From Lama glama (lineage: Eukaryota), in contig CM052842.1 in the NCBI GenBank assembly GCA_028534125.1, forward strand, positions 15,190,001 through 15,254,000: a DNA stretch of 64,000 bases, written 5' to 3'. The translations under genes and the position numbers were made by a program. Of this stretch, positions 33,008 to 47,678 are shown one piece after another (position 1 is the first letter of the stretch; the number at the start of each line of letters is the position of its first letter). The notes beneath the pieces were generated by a model. That model was not told the origin of the DNA. It ran no database searches and saw only the letters and a program-made list of their open reading frames with translations.

Positions 33008-36000
33008 GCTAAAAATGGTGAGATTTAGCTCTATTAAGAGGTTGCCCCTTTTATCCTCTGTTACCCCTTCAATACTACACAAAGTGGGAACTTTGCCCCC
33101 CCAGTGAATAGAAAGGTTCAATATTGAAACTGACAAATACCTTTTATCTATATACCATGACAATTTTTCTAGTTTGCCATTTACCTTGAAATTTAATTTT
33201 GGTGATTTTTGGTGGACAGAATTTTTAAAACTTAAGTCAACAAATGCATAGATATTCCCTTTGTGGTTTTTCATTCAGGTAGTTATTTTAATTACTTAAA
33301 AAATATTTAAAACTTTCAACTGAAAATCTTATGGCTTTTCAAAGCTAATTTTTATGAAGTAAAACTGTACTTAGTCTGAAAATGTCAGCAAGTGCTTTCA
33401 GTAATATACTTAAATATGTAGCTTAAAATGCTATTTCCTGCTTTTTCACATTTTCATATTATCCATTGACTTTCTTCTCTGGAAGATGAGGGTTTAGCTT
33501 TCTCACATCACAACCACACATATTTCTATACTTTTCTCTCCCCACAGATATTCTTTGACCCCATTTTTCCAATTTTTATCACAATTTATATTTAAATAAA
33601 TACTGTTTAGATTGTTTATATTAGTTACCATTGACATGGTACTAAAACTACATTTCCTTTCTTATATAACTTAGTTTTTTCTGGTGTTCTAACTGCCTTT
33701 TCCTCTTTTATTTTTTTTAATACTCTTTAGTGATTAAGCTTCAAATTTTATGATCAAATTATAATATTCCTTAAAAAAATGGCCAAAAGTTCCCCGTCTC
33801 CTTTTCTTTCCTCTTGGCTACATCTTACCTGGGGCCTGCAACCTCTTACTCTAAATTGGAGGGTTACTTTGCTAACCTACCTATTGGTTGTACCAAGACC
33901 TCCCTGCATCTGGGAACTCCTGTTGCTGCATTGCTGTAGTGGATCTTGTATTTTGTAAACACCAGGCTTTACTTTTTCTTAGTTTATTCCCTTATTTTAG
34001 TTTACCCCTTATAGTTCTGCCTTTTCCAGACTCTCTCTTTCAGTATGCATTTCTTATAAAGATGCACACGAAGTGTGTGATCACTCATATATTAAAATGT
34101 CCTTATTTTATTTTTTATTCTTGATTGGTAATTTCACTAGACATATGAGTCTACATCTGTACTTTGAAGCCATTTCTCAATTGTCTTCCAGCTTCCAGTG
34201 TTGATCTTGAGAAATTTACTGACATTTTGATTCCTAACTTTCGTATGTGATATAGTTTACCTTCTTTCTCCGAAAGTTTTTTGAAAATTGTCTTTAACCT
34301 CAAGTTGCTAAAATTTCACCATGAATTTCTTGCCTACCTACTTCATCTATTATCTATCTATCTATCATCTAACTACCTTGCTCCTTTTGATGTACCTTGG
34401 GCAATTGGTACACCTTCAATTTAGGAATTTTGGGGGTTATTATTTGATCATTTCTTTTCCTCATCTTCTCTGTTCTCTTCTTCTGGAATCTTTTAAGCTG
34501 AACATAAAATCTCCTCGACTAGTGATCCAATTTTAAAACTACGTTCCAGCCTATTTTTTCATCTCAGTATTTTTGTTCTACTTTCCAGAAAGTCTGTACC
34601 TTGACTTCATATACTAAATCTTTTATTAAATTTTTTAAAAGTCAGGTTTATTGAGGTATCATTTCTATAAAGTAAAAGTTGCCCTTTTTAGTGAATAGTT
34701 TCACACCTTTTGACAAAAGTTATGTAATCATTGCTGCAGTCAAGATATGGAGCAGTTTTATCACACTTAAAAGTCTTTCATGCTCCTTTATAGTCAGCCT
34801 CTTCTCCACTTTCAGCTTCTGAAAACTGAAATCTGAACTCTTGAACTCTCATCTGTTTTGTGTCCCTATAGTTTTATTTTTTCGCAGAATATCATATAAA
34901 CAGTTTCCTTTTCAAAATCTTCAGGTAGCTGCCTCTTGTATTTTGTACAAAACTTTTAGTCACACTCAGTGGGGGAGATAGGCTGATTGGCTTTCTCCAT
35001 GTTGGCTGTTTTTTTTGTTTTTTGTTTTTTTCCCTTTCTTCGTTTATTGAAATGATCATATAGATTTTCTTCTTTAATCTGTTGACATGGTGACTTATAT
35101 TGACTGATTTTCAAATGTTGAATCAGCCTTGCATTTGGAGATACAGGTCATCTGGTCATGATATATTTCACTTTTTTGGATTCAATTTGCCTGTTTTTGT
35201 TGGGGATTTTCACAAATGTATTCATGAGAAATATTGGACTGTATTCTTCTTATTTCTAGTTTAATTATTTTTATGGTTTTGGTATCAGGATAACCTGACC
35301 TCAGAAAATGGGTTGGGAAGAACTTGTGTCGAATTGTTATTATTTCTTCCGTAAATGTTCAGTAGCACTCACCAGTGACGCCACCTGGGGCTTGGAGTTT
35401 TCTTTGTGGGAAGATTTTAAACTACAAATTCAATTTTTCAGATTAGATGTGGGGATACTTGGGTTATTTATTTCTCCTTCAATGAGCTTTGGTAGTTTGC
35501 TTCTTTCAAGGAACTTACCTATTTCATCTAAGTTGTTGAATTTGGGGACACAAAGTTGTTCATAAATTCTCTTACTATCCTTCTAACTTCTCCAGAATTT
35601 GTAGAACTGTCTCCTCTTTCATTTCTGTTATAGGTAAGTTGTTTCTGCCCTCTTTATTGATCACTCTGACTAGAAGTTTATCAATTTTATTGGTGTTTTC
35701 AAAAAGTAGTTTTTGGATTCACTGAGTTTCTCTCTCTCATTTTTTTTTTTCTGTTTTCAATTCTATTGATTTCTGTTCTTTATTATTCTTTCCAACTTCT
35801 TGCTTTGGGTTTAACTTGCTCTTCAATTTCTAGTTTCTTAAGGTTTTTATCTGAGACCTTTCTTGTTTTCTAAAATAAGCATTTAATGCTATGTGTTTTC
35901 CTCTAAGCACTGGTTTAGATGAATCCCATACATTTTGATTTGTTGTGTTTTTATTTTTATTCAATTCGAAATATCTTTAAAATTTTTCTTTTAACTCCTA

Positions 36001-37203
36001 CTTTGACCTATGAGTTATTGAGAAATATACTGTTTAATTCTGAAATGTTTGGGGATTTTCCAGAGAGCTTTCTGTTATTTCTTTGTAGTTCAGTTCTGTT
36101 TTGGTCACAAAATTGGTAAGGTTTGAGTTTTATCCCTCAGAATATGAGCTATTTTGGTGAATGTTTTGTGTTCGCTGGGAAAAAAAGTAGTGTTTACTTG
36201 TTTTAAAAATGGAAATAATTATTGAACTGCCTCAAGGGAGTTTTATGAGGATTAAATGAGGTAATACTTACAAGTGTTTAGGAGAGTCTGGCTTGTGGGA
36301 AGCACTCAAAAAAATAAAGTTAACTACTTTTATTGTTGTATTTGTTTTATTCTCCACCCAAAACACAATATTATTTAATTTCTTTTTTTAATCCCTTTTG
36401 CAAGGTCAACATTTTCCTCATAAAAACGGCTTTTGGCTTGTTAAATTTGTTTAAAGTATTTTGTTGTGGCTACTATTTTGACAATATTTCTAACACATTA
36501 TTTGTTCCATATTTGGCATGATTTTACTAAAATGTATCATTAGTTCTAATTTCTTTCATACATTTAATTATCTTGTAGTTTTAGTCAGATAATTAGACTA
36601 GCTGCAAATACTAATTAATTGTATCTGATATTTTTTGGACATTTTATTTCTCATTTCTCTTTCTTGTTTTATTGCATTGCTCCAAACTTCTAAAATAATG
36701 TTAATTATTGGGATAACAGCAGATGTCCTTGTCTCCTTCCTGACTTTTTTGGTAATTCCTCTAGCATTTTACCAATAAAAGTCCTGTTAGCTATCAGTTT
36801 GAAGAAAACTTTTAAAATCAATAATGTTTATTAAGTTTCACTGAATACATTTTTGACATTTTATTATGCAGAGTTTTTATTAAATTATTTATATTGTATT
36901 TTATACGAATAAATTTCTTAATATGAAATCATCCTGGTGTTTTCAGAAAAGGCTGAGTTGGTTATGGTGTAAATTGCTGGGTTAATTTGTTAGTTTTATT
37001 TATGATTTGTGTGTTTATATACATAAATAAAATGAGTTTATGGTTTTTTTCTTTTTAATCTTTGTTAGGATTTGATGTTAGTTTATAAAAATGAGTTAAA
37101 AACTCTCCTCCCTTGTATTGGAAAAGTTTATCTCTTTTTTTCTTTTTTTATTGAGGTATAGTTGATTTATAGTGTTTCAGGTGTACAGCAAAGTGACTCA
37201 GTT

Positions 37204-37230
37204 ACACACACACACACACATATATATATA
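37204..37230. repeat. (CA)n(TA)n compound microsatellite
   Basis: acacacacacacacacatatatatata inside the L1 3' UTR. Confidence 0.85.
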
Positions 37231-37511
37231 TTCTTTTTCAGATTCTTTTCCATTATAGGTTATTATAAGCTATTGAACATAGGTCCCGTGCTATAGCTAT
37301 TTTATATGTAGTAGTGTGTATCTGTTAATCCCAAACTCCTAATTTATCCCTCCCACCATCCCTTTTCCTCACAGGTAACCATAAGTTTGTTTTCTATGTC
37401 TGTGAGTCTGCTTCTGTTTTGTAAATAAGTTCCTATGTATCATATTTGAGATTCCACATATAAATGGTATCATATGTTATTTGTTTTCCTTTGTCTGACT
37501 TACTTCACTTA

Positions 37512-37678
37512 NNNNNNNNNNNNNNNNNNNNNNNNNNNNNNNNNNNNNNNNNNNNNNNNNNNNNNNNNNNNNNNNNNNNNNNNNNNNNNNNNNNNNNNNN
37601 NNNNNNNNNNNNNNNNNNNNNNNNNNNNNNNNNNNNNNNNNNNNNNNNNNNNNNNNNNNNNNNNNNNNNNNNNNNNNN
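37512..37678. other. Assembly gap (167 N)
   Basis: Run of N. Confidence 0.99.
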
Positions 37679-39384
37679 TCATCTGTTGATAGTCACTTAG
37701 GTTGCTTCCATGTTGGAAGAGTTTATTTTGCCTGGGAATCATCTGTTTCTCCAAAGTTTGAAAGGGAACACTGTAATTTTGTAAATGTTTTCTAGAATTC
37801 AAGAAAATTTATTTTCCATGATTATAATATAGTACATATGTATATGTCTTTAATCAACATTATTAAAATGATAATTAACATTGTACTTATATTATTAAAC
37901 TCTTTCAGATCAATTATAAATTCATATCTATATATTTCTATATAACATATTTCCTACTGTATCCTTATGTAATTTTCCTTTTCTATTTTGTCTGATATAA
38001 ACATTTCAACTCCCACTTAAGTTTTCTTCTTGTTTTTCTGATGTATCTTTGATGATTCACTGAATTTTAAACTTCTGTTGTTTTTTTTTCATTTTTTAAA
38101 ACTATAGTATATATGATTAACAACGAAATTTCCTGTGTTCTTTTGTATTTAAAATAGCACAGAGTAATGATATTAGAGTTAATTATTTTCATTGATTCAA
38201 TATTTTAATAGGTGAGATTCATACATTTATGTTTATTGTCAAAACTGACAAGATTTTTTCTTGTCTCTCTTATCTTGTTTTGTGTTCTATAATATTTGTG
38301 CTATCTTGCTTTATTCTTCTTTTTCTTGTTTCTCTTTGTTTGTTATAACTGCAGCTTTTTCCTGAAGTGATTTAGGGGGTAGATAACTCATTTTTATTAG
38401 TCATTATCTTGAAATGAAAATGCCTATTTTATATTAATTATGTAGCTAAAAAGTGAATATTATTTATTTTCCCCTAATAAGATTGGGAATATATCTTTTT
38501 TTTAGTTACGTTTTTTTTATTGACATTTTTATATTACACACTTTTATTATAAGAGTAAATTATGACATTTGCATTAAGCTATGATCATAAAATAACTATT
38601 TACACATTGTCTTTGATGATAGGTTTAATGTGACTTTTAACTCTTTTATACCTTGATTTCCCTCTTTGTGCATTTTTCACTTCTATTGATGTCTTAGTTT
38701 TCCAGGAGCGATAAGTGAGTTGTCTACTTGCTAAGAAACTTTGCACGTGAAGATGTCCTTTACAGCTGAAGAGCAACTTGACTGGACACAGAATTCCTGC
38801 GTAACAAAATTTTCAGTTTCGATAATAACTTATATTTAAGGTAGAGCTGTTGCAGGTGCTAACGGTAAATTGACCCATGTCATTCTTCTGTGAGAGAACT
38901 CTTACCATTGTCCCCCTTCTGAAGAGGGTATAACTGAAGGACAGAAAGCTTAAGTAACTTGCAGAAGGTGAAACATGTGGTAAGTAGTGGAGTCAGGATT
39001 TGAACCCGGACAATTTTGTTTCAAAGTCTATACTCATAACCACTACTCTGCCAGAGTTGACTAGAAGGTCATTTGTAGATTATTCTCTCTTAGATATTTA
39101 TAGATGTTAATTCATTGTCTCTTGGCTTTGAAAGCAGATACTACTGAGACAAGTCATATTTTTCTTCACTGGAAGGTAAATTATTTTTTCTTCAGTAGGC
39201 CTGGATGCAATATCAAACTATTGGTCTCTATGCTTTATATTTTTAAACAACTTTTCTGTCTATTCAGACTTACTTCATCTCTGTAAACTTTTCTTCTACT
39301 ATTTCATTTATTTTATTCTTTCTCCAGTATTGTCTCCTTATGAGATTCCTTTACATGTAAGTAGTGTATTGATCTGTACTTGAT

Positions 39385-39990
39385 TCACACCTTTATTTAA
39401 CAAACATCTATCAATGTTTTTTTTACCATGTTCCAGATAATGAGAATACAGTGATGATGAAAACATGGCCACTAGCCTATTAATCTTACAGTTTAATTAT
39501 GGGGAGTCAGATTTTTAAAAAATAAAAACAATTATAATTGTGTTATTTAATGCAAGATCTGAAAGATGAGTAGACTTAGCCAGTAGGAAAAGTGAAAACG
39601 TGTGTCAGGCAGAGGGAGCAGAATGATAAAGGCTCCAGGCGGGGCACACTTGGTGAGTTCTAGGGTCTGCTAAAGGACGATGAACAATGGGAAAGCTATT
39701 GTAAAACGAGGCTGTCCATATAGTTAGGAACTAGATAACACGTGTCTGTTCAGTCTGTGTTAAGCTTTTGCTTTTTAACAAAGGGAAGCCATTAAAAGCT
39801 TAAAAAATGAAATGATCTACAAATGATCCAACTAGAAAGTTGACTGGATGGAACAAGAGAGCATGCAGGGAGACAGTCAGAAGGCCATTGCAGTTGTCCA
39901 GCTAAGAGATGGTGATGGCTTGGACCAGAATCTGACAGTGGAGTTGGGGAGAAAGGAAAAAGTTTCAGGAACAGTTACAAAGTAAATTCT
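39385..39990 (-). mobile_element. LINE2 fragment
   Basis: atttaacaaacat..., ggagacagtcagaaggccattgcagttgtccagctaagagatggtgatggcttggacca. Confidence 0.6.
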
Positions 39991-41369
39991 TTTTATTTGT
40001 GATTTTTAGTAGAAGTGGCAGAAAGCAACCCAAACTAGCATGACAAGCCTAATTATAAGATTACAGGGATGCCTCCAAGGAAATGAAGGCATATAGCTGA
40101 AATTTAGAAAGAGCCTCAAACTGAGAAGTGAAAAATCTTAGGAAACACATTCAGTAACTTGTTTTTCTTTCTCATCTCTGTTTCTAAATTTTCACCACCT
40201 TCTTCTCTGTCCATGCATCCTGGCTCAATCTATCCCATGTACTTCGGGCAGAAGGTGGCCACAGCACCTCATTCACATTTCTGCATCTCCTCCATTCCGA
40301 TGAAGGCATGCAAAACTGAATGTTCAATTCTTTAGTTTCAATTCTAATTTCTCAAGATCATGAACCAGATTGGTCCAATTCGAGTCTTTTCAAGCGGACT
40401 CAAGAGGAAGTTTTATGGTAAAAGTAAGATTCTGAGGACCCACCACTTTAGATGGGGCAAGGGTTAGGCTTAGGAGTATATGTGAGAAATTCCTGTCTAA
40501 TAATTTTTATTTTCTTGTAAAGAGGTAGATGAGGTCGATTGCTGAGAGGAAGGGAAGGTAGTAGAGTCAAAGATTTGAGGAGACTGCTAAGGTTTGAAAT
40601 TACAATGGCCGAAAGAGAAACTGAGCTCTAGAAAGACTTAGTATGACCTGAATGGCTCTCCCATTGAGAGCCCAGCTGGGATTTTTAACCTTCAATTTAT
40701 GGTGCTACTAATCTGCAAGTTGACAGAGGAACAGTGAGTTTAGGTGTTAGATGATACAATGATGGACTACGCATATTAAGGATGAGAGGGTATGTGAAGA
40801 GAGGAGACTTACGGGTAGAGGGAAAGTAGCAAGAACAGCATGTATAAAGGCCCTGAGGCAGGAGAGGTTTGGTGGGTTAAGGTGCCATGAGAAGCTTAGA
40901 TTGAGCACACTGTTTGCAGGCTGGAGCCACAGTTGGTTTTTCTTCCTTACAACAGTGTCTCCAGTGCTCACCCCAATAGTTACTTATAGTAAATGCTCAA
41001 TAAATATTTGTTGAATGAATCTAGCCTTATCTGTGTTCTATCTAGCAATTTCCCTCCAAATTTTCTGTCCTCTAGATGGCACCCTTCCATAGTTTACAGA
41101 AGTGATGCAGGCTTTCATCCTTTTTTTTTTTTAAATTGGAAAAATTACTTAAATATTCTGGTCTGCAACGTCCTCACCTGTAAAATATAGATATACTCCA
41201 TAGGTAGTTATGAGGTTTCAATTGAACAAAACATGTAAAGCCCTCAGCTTTGACTTAGTAGCCAATCAATGCCTGTTACCCAATATAATTATTCATTTTA
41301 TTGTTGTTATGGATATTATTGCAACTTGTGAGATTACCTGTATTCCTGTTATTGTCCTGCCCAGAAATC

Positions 41370-41940
41370 TTTCAGTCTGTACTGGACATCTATAATTTGG
41401 AGGACTCCAAATACCCTTTTCCCATTTTAGTTGTATCCTGAGCTCTCCTTTGAGGTACCAGCCCTTCTTAATTCTGAGCCCATGCATTTTGAGCGGGGTG
41501 TCTACTCCTAGTTACAGAGTAGCAAGCCTGGAGGCTTATGTCAATACTTGTATTTCATCCCCCTGATCATTGGGAGTCCGCAAGTCCCGCGAGAGCTAAT
41601 GAAATGTACAATAATTTGGGGCTTTTGTCTCTTCTCTATGGAAACTATTAGAGACCATCACTTTTCACCACAATAATAGGAGATGAGGTTGTGAAGTCTG
41701 TATCTATGGAAACCAGTAATGCTATCAGGAGGGCTTCAAGGGGAGACTGAGGATCAAGCAGGGCAGAATGGAGAGAGGCTTAAGAATAAAGTTCTGGGTG
41801 ATATTTTTTGAGCCTCTGGACCTATCCTGCTTTAAACTATTTCTTATCTTTTGTATTATGTGAGCTGACACATTTCACTTTTTGGTTTAAACTAGTTTAA
41901 GATTTTGTTACTTGGATTATACAATCTTAGCTTATACACA
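41370..41940 (+). mobile_element. Ancient MaLR (MLT1H/I-like) LTR
   Basis: ttctgggtgatattttttgagcctctgga...tatgtgagctgacacattt...ttgttacttgga...ttataca. Confidence 0.5.
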
Positions 41941-43614
41941 ATTTTCATTGAAAATGCTGTTTTTCCACCTTATGTTAAATATATATTGACAGAAATAGAA
42001 TTAATTTCACAATAATTTTACCTAGAAATTCCACCAGTGTAATAATCAGTGAATGCTATGTCATTAGATAGGACTTATATTAAAATTTTTTCCAGTGTTA
42101 ATCAAACTCTGGGATAAGATGGCCTTTTGGAAATTAGTGACACTTTTAACAATTATGCTGTGGTTCGCATGAGCTATCACTGGGTAAATGATATTTCTAA
42201 ATACAAATTAGTTTTTATTCTATGGCTTGTTTCACTTTTTAATGTAAACCAAGAGGATTAGTGAAATCTATTATTATCCACTTATTATAAATCTGAGTTC
42301 AACTTTTTGCTATTTAATATCTGTTATTTAATTTCTACCTTTCTATTATATCCAAATTTTGAAAGATTATGGTTTTTATTATTCACAGAGGGAACATTTG
42401 AAGTGGAAGGAATTTTGGAATCAGAACTGGGTTCCAATCTCAGCTCTGCTACTTGCTTGCTCAGTGAACTTGGATTAGTCATTTAACTCTGAACCTTAAT
42501 TTCTTTCCAAATTGGAGATGATTAGAAACTTCCAGAGAGAGAGAGCAATGTAGTGAGGAATACCGAGACAGAATATGTAAAACCTTAGTGCACATTCAGA
42601 CATCTAAAGGCTTATGACAAGTACTATTTTCCTTTTCTCAGTGACTGCCTTTAGATTTGTCTCCACATGTTTTCTTAAGAAGGCACACCTCGCAGGTATA
42701 TTGTTCTTTGAGTTAAAATATTAAATGTTTTTCTCTGTGTACTAATTTCTAAACGCTCAGTGAGAGAAGGCTGTAATGGGTATTTACATTAGATCTTGTT
42801 CAAGGCTAGTTTGATGTCAGATTTAGGAATTACTTGAAGTAGCATATCTATGGGTGATGTTAGGGACACCCATATTCTTAGCACACTATCCATGTAGAAT
42901 TATGGGGAGCTCAGAAAGCCATGGAACCCCTCACCTATTGTAATGCCCATACATCAGTTTTTTCTGTATAGTCTTCCAGTTCCACTGGAAAATTTCGGCT
43001 TTGTGTTTTTTCATTTATTTTAAAACTTTACGTTATTTTGTGTTGCTAAGAAAAAAAAAATCTGTACAATCATGCTGCTAATGGTGACCATTAACAAGCG
43101 CTGAGAGGGAAGTAGCTGCCCCTTTATTTCATTCTTATTGTTGAAACATTCTCAACACTTGGATCCCAAGTCTGAAGAGTTTTGTTCTGCACAGTAGTTT
43201 TTGTATCAGTGTCTTGAGTGGTTTTCACGGGAAATAAATTTTGCTTTCCCCTGGATCTCAGTTCTAACTTTGACAACCAGAAATTATTTAAAAATCTCCC
43301 AATTACCTACTCTGCCCAGTGGCCTGATGGTCATGACCTCTTCGTGCCAGGATCCCTCCTCCATTCCCAGCTGGAGAGTGAGCTGGAGGAGCTAAGGAAC
43401 CGTCTTAAACAGAGGGGCAAACATATCCAAGTTTGAATTTGTCTGAATGCTGATGTAATTACATGAATGACTTAGCTATCCTTCCTTATTATTTAACTGG
43501 AGTTCTGGAGGGAGAAATAAGCTCCTGCAAGTTAGTGAAGACAGAAATCGGAGAACAAGACACTACTGCCTGAGATGTGTCTTTATACGTAATGACAGGT
43601 ACAATTTGCGAGTC

Positions 43615-43862
43615 AAGACGGCGTGATGGTTAGAAGCGTGGGCTCTGTGCTGCCTGAGTTGGAGCCCAGATCCACCACTTAGTGAGTGCGTGGTGTTGGG
43701 ACGGGAGCCCTCCTACGTGTGTCTGTGAAATGGAGATAAAAACAGGACCTACCTCACAGATTCTTGGGCGGAGAGGTAAAGGTGAATGAAATAAATGCCA
43801 TTAGAATAGGGTCCAGACTACTGGAAATGCTCAAAAAACGTTAGGTTCCATTATTACTATTG
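43615..43862 (+). mobile_element. MIR SINE
   Basis: ggttagaagcgtgggctctg...tctgtgaaatggagataaaaacaggacctacctcacag. Confidence 0.65.
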
Positions 43863-46104
43863 TGTTCCTGGGTATTTAATTTAACAATATTCTGAACAGA
43901 AATTTCTTGTCAATAAAGCAGTTCAAAATATGCTGACTAAATACAAGTAAACATAATTTTAGGATTCCAGCAAATTGAATCACATAGAAATCAGTGAGAA
44001 GATATTTTATATTAATTTACATTTATTGAAACGATGATTGTTGGGTCTCACGTAAATTTCTCCAGAAAGCTTTACTTCAGGAATTTCTTCCTTAAGCACA
44101 GAAGAAAGAGCGCTTTACAAACAGAGCCTCAAGGAGAAAAGGGACAAAGTCATTTTGACTTCCAAGCAGTGCGTCTATTATTCTCCTGTAAACTGAATCC
44201 CATACCCGGCTTGAATCATTCCAGCTCTCCCCTTAACTCCTTCCTTAACTGAAATTGTTGAAAGAATCATCTCCCCTTGAGGTTACAATTTATTATGGGC
44301 AGTTTTCTTCCAGACCCAAGCTAGTATCTCAGTGTTTCCCTTTTCACTGCTCCTCTGCAGCTGTGCCTGTAGAAGCCATCGGAAAACCCAGGACAACTGA
44401 CACCCAACAAGCCCATTCTGTCGTTCCTGCTGGATGCTTCAAAGCATCCTGCAGTGCTTGCTTTTCCTTCCTCCTTGAAACTCTTCTCTTCCCTTGGCTT
44501 CCTTATTCCTATTTTTTCCCTACATCTCTGCGCACTTCTTAATCTTCGCAGATTCTGCTTTTTGTAGCAATTTTGTTAATTACTATATTCCTTAGGATTT
44601 GTATCTCCAACATCTCACTGTTAGACTCTCCTTGGTTGACTTGATCCAAGCCAATAATTTCAGGAACCACCTAAATTCTCCCAATTTATATTTCTCAATT
44701 TATGTCTCTGTTGTTTGTATTTCTGTCTCTTAGATACCATGGTGTTCCATAAATATCTCAAGGTCACTGTGACCTCAGTGAACACTCAGTATTTGTCTCC
44801 CCACTCCAAAGCTGCTTTCAACTAATTCTTATTTAGATGAATGATTCTACCATCTTCATGCTCGTCTAAGTCAGAAACCTTGAAAGTACACTGGATTGTT
44901 TTCTGTAAATTTTCCAGTATTTCCCATTGGTGCCCAAGGTCAGTTGAATCTGACTTTTAAATTACTTAACTCTATCCTTTTCTTTACATCAAAAGTCTTA
45001 CTTAGTTTTGCATTTTTTAAAAATTTTTTGCTTATGTTATTACAGCCCCTACATTGTAGGGCCAGAAAAGACTGTAAAGACAGCTGAAAAGCACTGGAAT
45101 CTCAGAGAAAGAGAAACCTACAGAAGTGGAACCTTTAATGTAAAGTGGGAATATATTTCCTCTCTCCTGGTAAGTGGTACCCAAAGATGGCCATTCTCCC
45201 ACTCTAGAAACCTCAAAAATGTCCCTGTTCTCCCATCCCAGAATGTTCACCTTGATTCCTCACTGCCCATAGCTTCATTCAAAGCTGATCATTCACTTTT
45301 TTGAGAGGTGTAGTTAATATTGGATCTTTCACAATCTACTGGACATTTATTATTTTTAAATAAATGTTGTTGATTCACATTTCAAAATTATAGACACTGT
45401 CACCTATGATCTGGACTATTCCAATAACTTTCTAACTTGACTTTCTATCACTAGCATTTTTTTTTCCCAGTTCAAACTTCTCCCCCATGTCGCCAGCAGT
45501 TACCTACCTAAAAACTGAATTAAGTCTGTCAGTTCTTCCTTCTGCTGGCTTTCAGTGGTCCCAAGCACAAAGCTCAACAGCCTCTGCCTGTCATCCAGAC
45601 CTTTTCCAAGCTGGTTCCATCTTCCCATCATAACTACATTCCTTGCCACTTCCCTTTCTGCATCCTATGCCCCTGTTACTTCTTGTTACTCCTCAAATAA
45701 GCTAGTCCTTCCTTCATGTGTTGTTGCCTGTGGTGGTTCCTTTACAAGGAAGCCCATCTCCCTTTGTCCACCCAGCAATTTTCTCCCGTGCTCCCGTTCA
45801 CCCAGGCAGCTACCCTTTTCTCCAACATCCTCACAACCCTCATGACCCTGTCTGTTATACCTTTGGGTATTTTAATAACTCCTTCTTGTGAGCACCTGGA
45901 AGGCATGGATTTGGGTTTAGGTGTCTCAGAATCCCCAGAGCTTCTGATCCAGTGGGTACGTAGTTTTCTCTAGTCAAGAGTTATTAAGTGAATAATCAAA
46001 TGCTATGATGACTGTCTATTTTCAATTATGTGCATGTTTTAATATATAGATCTTTAAAGTAACAATCTCTAGACTTCTTAGCCCTGAAATATCATCATAC
46101 TGAG

Positions 46105-46355
46105 AGAGGCAATCAGGTATACCATCAGGAGCACAGCCTCTGATCTGGAGCTCCTGGGGTCTGAATCTTGGCTCTGACACTAAGAAACTGTGTGACCTGA
46201 CTAAGCTACTTAACCCATCTGTGCCTCACTTTCAGTAGGTATAAATGGACCCTGTAACAGTATCTACCTCATGGGGTTGGCGTGAGTTAATCTATGTAAA
46301 GTGTTTAGAAAAATATCTGGCACATGGTTAGTGCTCAAGTGGTTTTAGCTATTAC
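46105..46355 (+). mobile_element. Near full-length MIR SINE
   Basis: tgaatcttggctctgacac...tgtgtgacc...cttaacccatctgtgcctca...tgtaaagtgtttagaa...ggcacatggttagtgctc. Confidence 0.75.
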
Positions 46356-47678
46356 AATATTATTGTCATTACATGAGCTCAGTTGTATATATCTGCCCCT
46401 CCCTTGAAAGCATGAGCTTCTAAGTGGTAGATACGGTGTTTTCTTGATCTTTATATTTCAGGTGACCAAAACAGTGCCTGGCGGAGAGCAAACACTGAAA
46501 GAGAAGAGCCTGGAAGACAACATCTCCTTGCCCCAGAGGTGAGGATGAACTTGCTCCCTGTCATGGGTATCCAAGATGCTTTCTTTTCCTGCTTCCATCA
46601 ACCTCATATTTAACCCTGCTGGTTTTCATTTATTTTATAATTCAATCATAATGAATTTTAAAATCCATTCTAACTCCCCAGGATCTCTAGAGACTTGCCT
46701 CATCAGTCTGACATCACATTCATTTACATTTCTTATTTTTTCATTTCCTTGTATGAGGTCTAAGAATTGTTCCAGTAAAATGCTTTTAAGATTGCATTAC
46801 ACATACTGTGTGCTATTTATTCCTGGCTACATGTTCAAATTAACAAGCAAGAAATTATGCCCTGATCAACTATTACAAACTGTAATACTGTATCTGTTAT
46901 AGTTGAAAAAAAAGTAATTGGGCCAGGACTATTCTCTTGTAACCATCTAAGTAATGGTTTAAATGAAAAATATTTATACAAAAACCATAGCCAGTTCAAG
47001 TTCAGGGAGTTGTTAGAGGCCATCCAGCTTGGTCATTCTCCCAAGATGGTAAATTCTTCAGTAGCCCCCACAATAAATAATGGTCTCTCTTTTGCCTGCA
47101 TTGTTCCTGGAAGAGCAAACACATTACCTCCAAAGTCATCTTCTTCTTTCGGTTCACAGTTTCAACTGGTGGGAAATTATTTCTCATATTGAATATAACC
47201 CCAAAGTAACGTAGGTTAAAACAGATCACCATCTTCCATGATGGTCCTCAAATATTTGAGAACTTGTATTTTATTTCCTGATATGTTGTCAATCAACAGG
47301 TTGTACTGATGAAGCTCGAGGATTTTGAGACCTAGAAGGCACATAAATATAATTTAATCCTATTATTTTGCAGATGAAGAAATTGAAAAGAAGAGATGTT
47401 GAATCACTTGCCCAGTGACACACATTTGTTCATTCAATCATTGTGTACTCAGCCACCAGCTTGATGAATGTACAATTTGTAATTTATTATATATAATTTT
47501 ATAACTGAGTATAAGACAATTTTATAATTTACTATAACAGATACATTTTGAACAAATTTATATTTTATTACATAAATAACACTGAAGACCTTGGTGAACT
47601 ACAGCCAAGTCATTCTCTTCCCTCCCTCCCCAGAGGCTACCATTAACCCTTATCTGTTACTTAACACTCAAGCGTATT

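Larger units (their letters stand above)
37132..37710 (-). mobile_element. Younger 5'-truncated L1 inserted into older L1 sequence; contains a gap
   Basis: T-tail then ttattgaggtatagttgatttatagtg...gattccacatata; TSD TATTGGAAAAGTTTAT (37116-37131) vs TGTTGGAAGAGTTTAT (37711-37726), 14/16 identical. Confidence 0.85.
33120..39350 (-). mobile_element. Cluster of decayed LINE1 (L1M) fragments
   Basis: Very T-rich plus strand with reverse L1 ORF2/3' motifs, clearest at 34630-34910 and 35040-36180 (aaatgttgaatcagccttgcat, ttcatgagaaatattgg, atttcatctaagttgttgaattt). Confidence 0.7.
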
